A stretch of DNA of 64,000 bases from Eledone cirrhosa. Its lineage: Eukaryota. The notes beneath the pieces are model-generated. The model was given only the letters and a program-made list of their open reading frames with translations. It was not told the origin of the DNA and ran no database searches. The first letter of the stretch is position 1. Each line of letters starts with the position of its first letter. The position numbers and the translations under genes were made by a program. The stretch covers positions 20,522,001-20,586,000 of the forward strand of contig OZ024758.1 of assembly GCA_964016885.1 (NCBI GenBank). Direction: 5' to 3'. Below are positions 62,754-64,000 of this stretch, piece after piece.

Positions 62754-62928
62754 TATATATAGTTATATATATAGTTATATATGTATTAATGTATATGTAT
62801 ATATGCATCCATATATATATATATATGTATATATGTATAGATATATATATACATATGTATACATATGTATCTGTATGTATATGTATATATGTAAACATAT
62901 ATAAATATATATATATATATATATATGT

Positions 62929-63004
<76 letters not shown>

Positions 63005-63010
<6 letters not shown>

Positions 63011-63276
63011 GAAATAGGATTTCTCTTCAAGCATATCTTTATACAATATGTATAAATATTGTATATCTTTAAAGAAATACAGTTTTAGGAAGTCGTAGCT
63101 ATGCAAACACCGGGGGGCTAACGCTCTCTCAGCAGTCGCAAGCGGTGGGAGGCAAACTCGTGACGAAGGCCAGTTAAGCTTGGAATGCATAAACTGTTGT
63201 CCACATTGCTTCGACTGGACAATATTTATGCATATTTTATAAAGCTATGCTTGAAGCGAAACCCTATTTCTTTTAT
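63005..63276. repeat. Inverted repeat island in (TA)n
   Basis: Arms ~63005-63061 and 63220-63276 with a GC-richer spacer. Confidence 0.75.
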
Positions 63277-63312
63277 ATATATATATATATACATAAATAT
63301 ATATATATATAT

Positions 63313-63459
<147 letters not shown>

Positions 63460-63521
63460 ACTATATATATATATATATATATATATACATAACTATATAT
63501 ATATATATATATATATATACA

Positions 63522-63574
<53 letters not shown>

Positions 63575-63602
63575 GTGGTTACACAACAGTTAGTTAACCA
63601 TA

Positions 63603-63642
63603 CCGAGAACAATTGTTTCACCTTCGTGGATCTTCAGCTCGG
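63603..63642 (-). ncRNA. Minimal type I hammerhead ribozyme, family A, intact core
   Basis: ccgag-CTGAAGA-tcc acgaa ggt-GAAAC-AATT-GTT^ctcgg; palindromic stem III ACAATTGT. Confidence 0.88.
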
Positions 63643-63839
63643 AATGTGTATGGTTATAGGAACAGGGAGGACAACCGTACGAACGCGCATGCGCATAAAC
63701 TCGGTTACTTCACACATGCAATACTAGACTGCGTGTGGGGGGTGTAAGGGAGATAACTGCGAAAGTCCGGAACATTTTTTGGTTGAAAATAAAATTAAAA
63801 AATTAAAAATAAAATTACAAAGATTCGGTCCGGAGCCTT

Positions 63840-64000
63840 GTAGTTATGCAATATATGTTTTGTGACGTGTGGACAACGTGTGAAAAATTCACTTCTCGTG
63901 TTAGAGGCAATCACTATTACGCAATAGTGATTGTCTAAACACGAGAAGAGAATTTTTCACACGTTGTCCACACGTCACCAAACATCTATTGCATAACTAC
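63840..64000. repeat. Fold-back centred ~63920 within the family A element, running off the window
   Basis: gtagttatgcaat..tcactatt / aatagtga..attgcataactac. Confidence 0.88.

Overview
Very AT-rich, microsatellite-saturated eukaryotic DNA. The SINE content and (TA)n load suggest an octopod cephalopod (inference). Nearly all ORFs in the supplied track are microsatellite noise. Supported content: (1) one ~1.25-kb + strand coding exon (55514-56766) of a Cys-rich secreted protein with a ShK-like module; (2) a 5'-truncated R4/Dong-type LINE with an uninterrupted ORF, in a (TAA)n tract; (3) two Penelope-like (PLE) coding remnants; (4) an internally deleted RTE-like derivative, tRNA-derived SINEs and two MITEs. 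The main finding is that the short 'unique' islands between the (TA)n tracts are mostly 3' ends (pseudo-LTRs) of about 9 PLE-type families, each carrying a type I hammerhead ribozyme. Read by eye there are about 28 whole or partial motifs, 8 with fully canonical cores plus U4A/U4C variants. Many are arranged as fold-back palindromes, and several turn-around points fall inside the ribozyme. One copy's 5' end coincides with the predicted cleavage site. Intact cores are strongly skewed to the strand antisense to the host exon. PLE-associated hammerheads are known in general; the fold-back geometry, the fixed U4A variant and the strand skew are the points worth testing. All structures were folded by eye, not computed.
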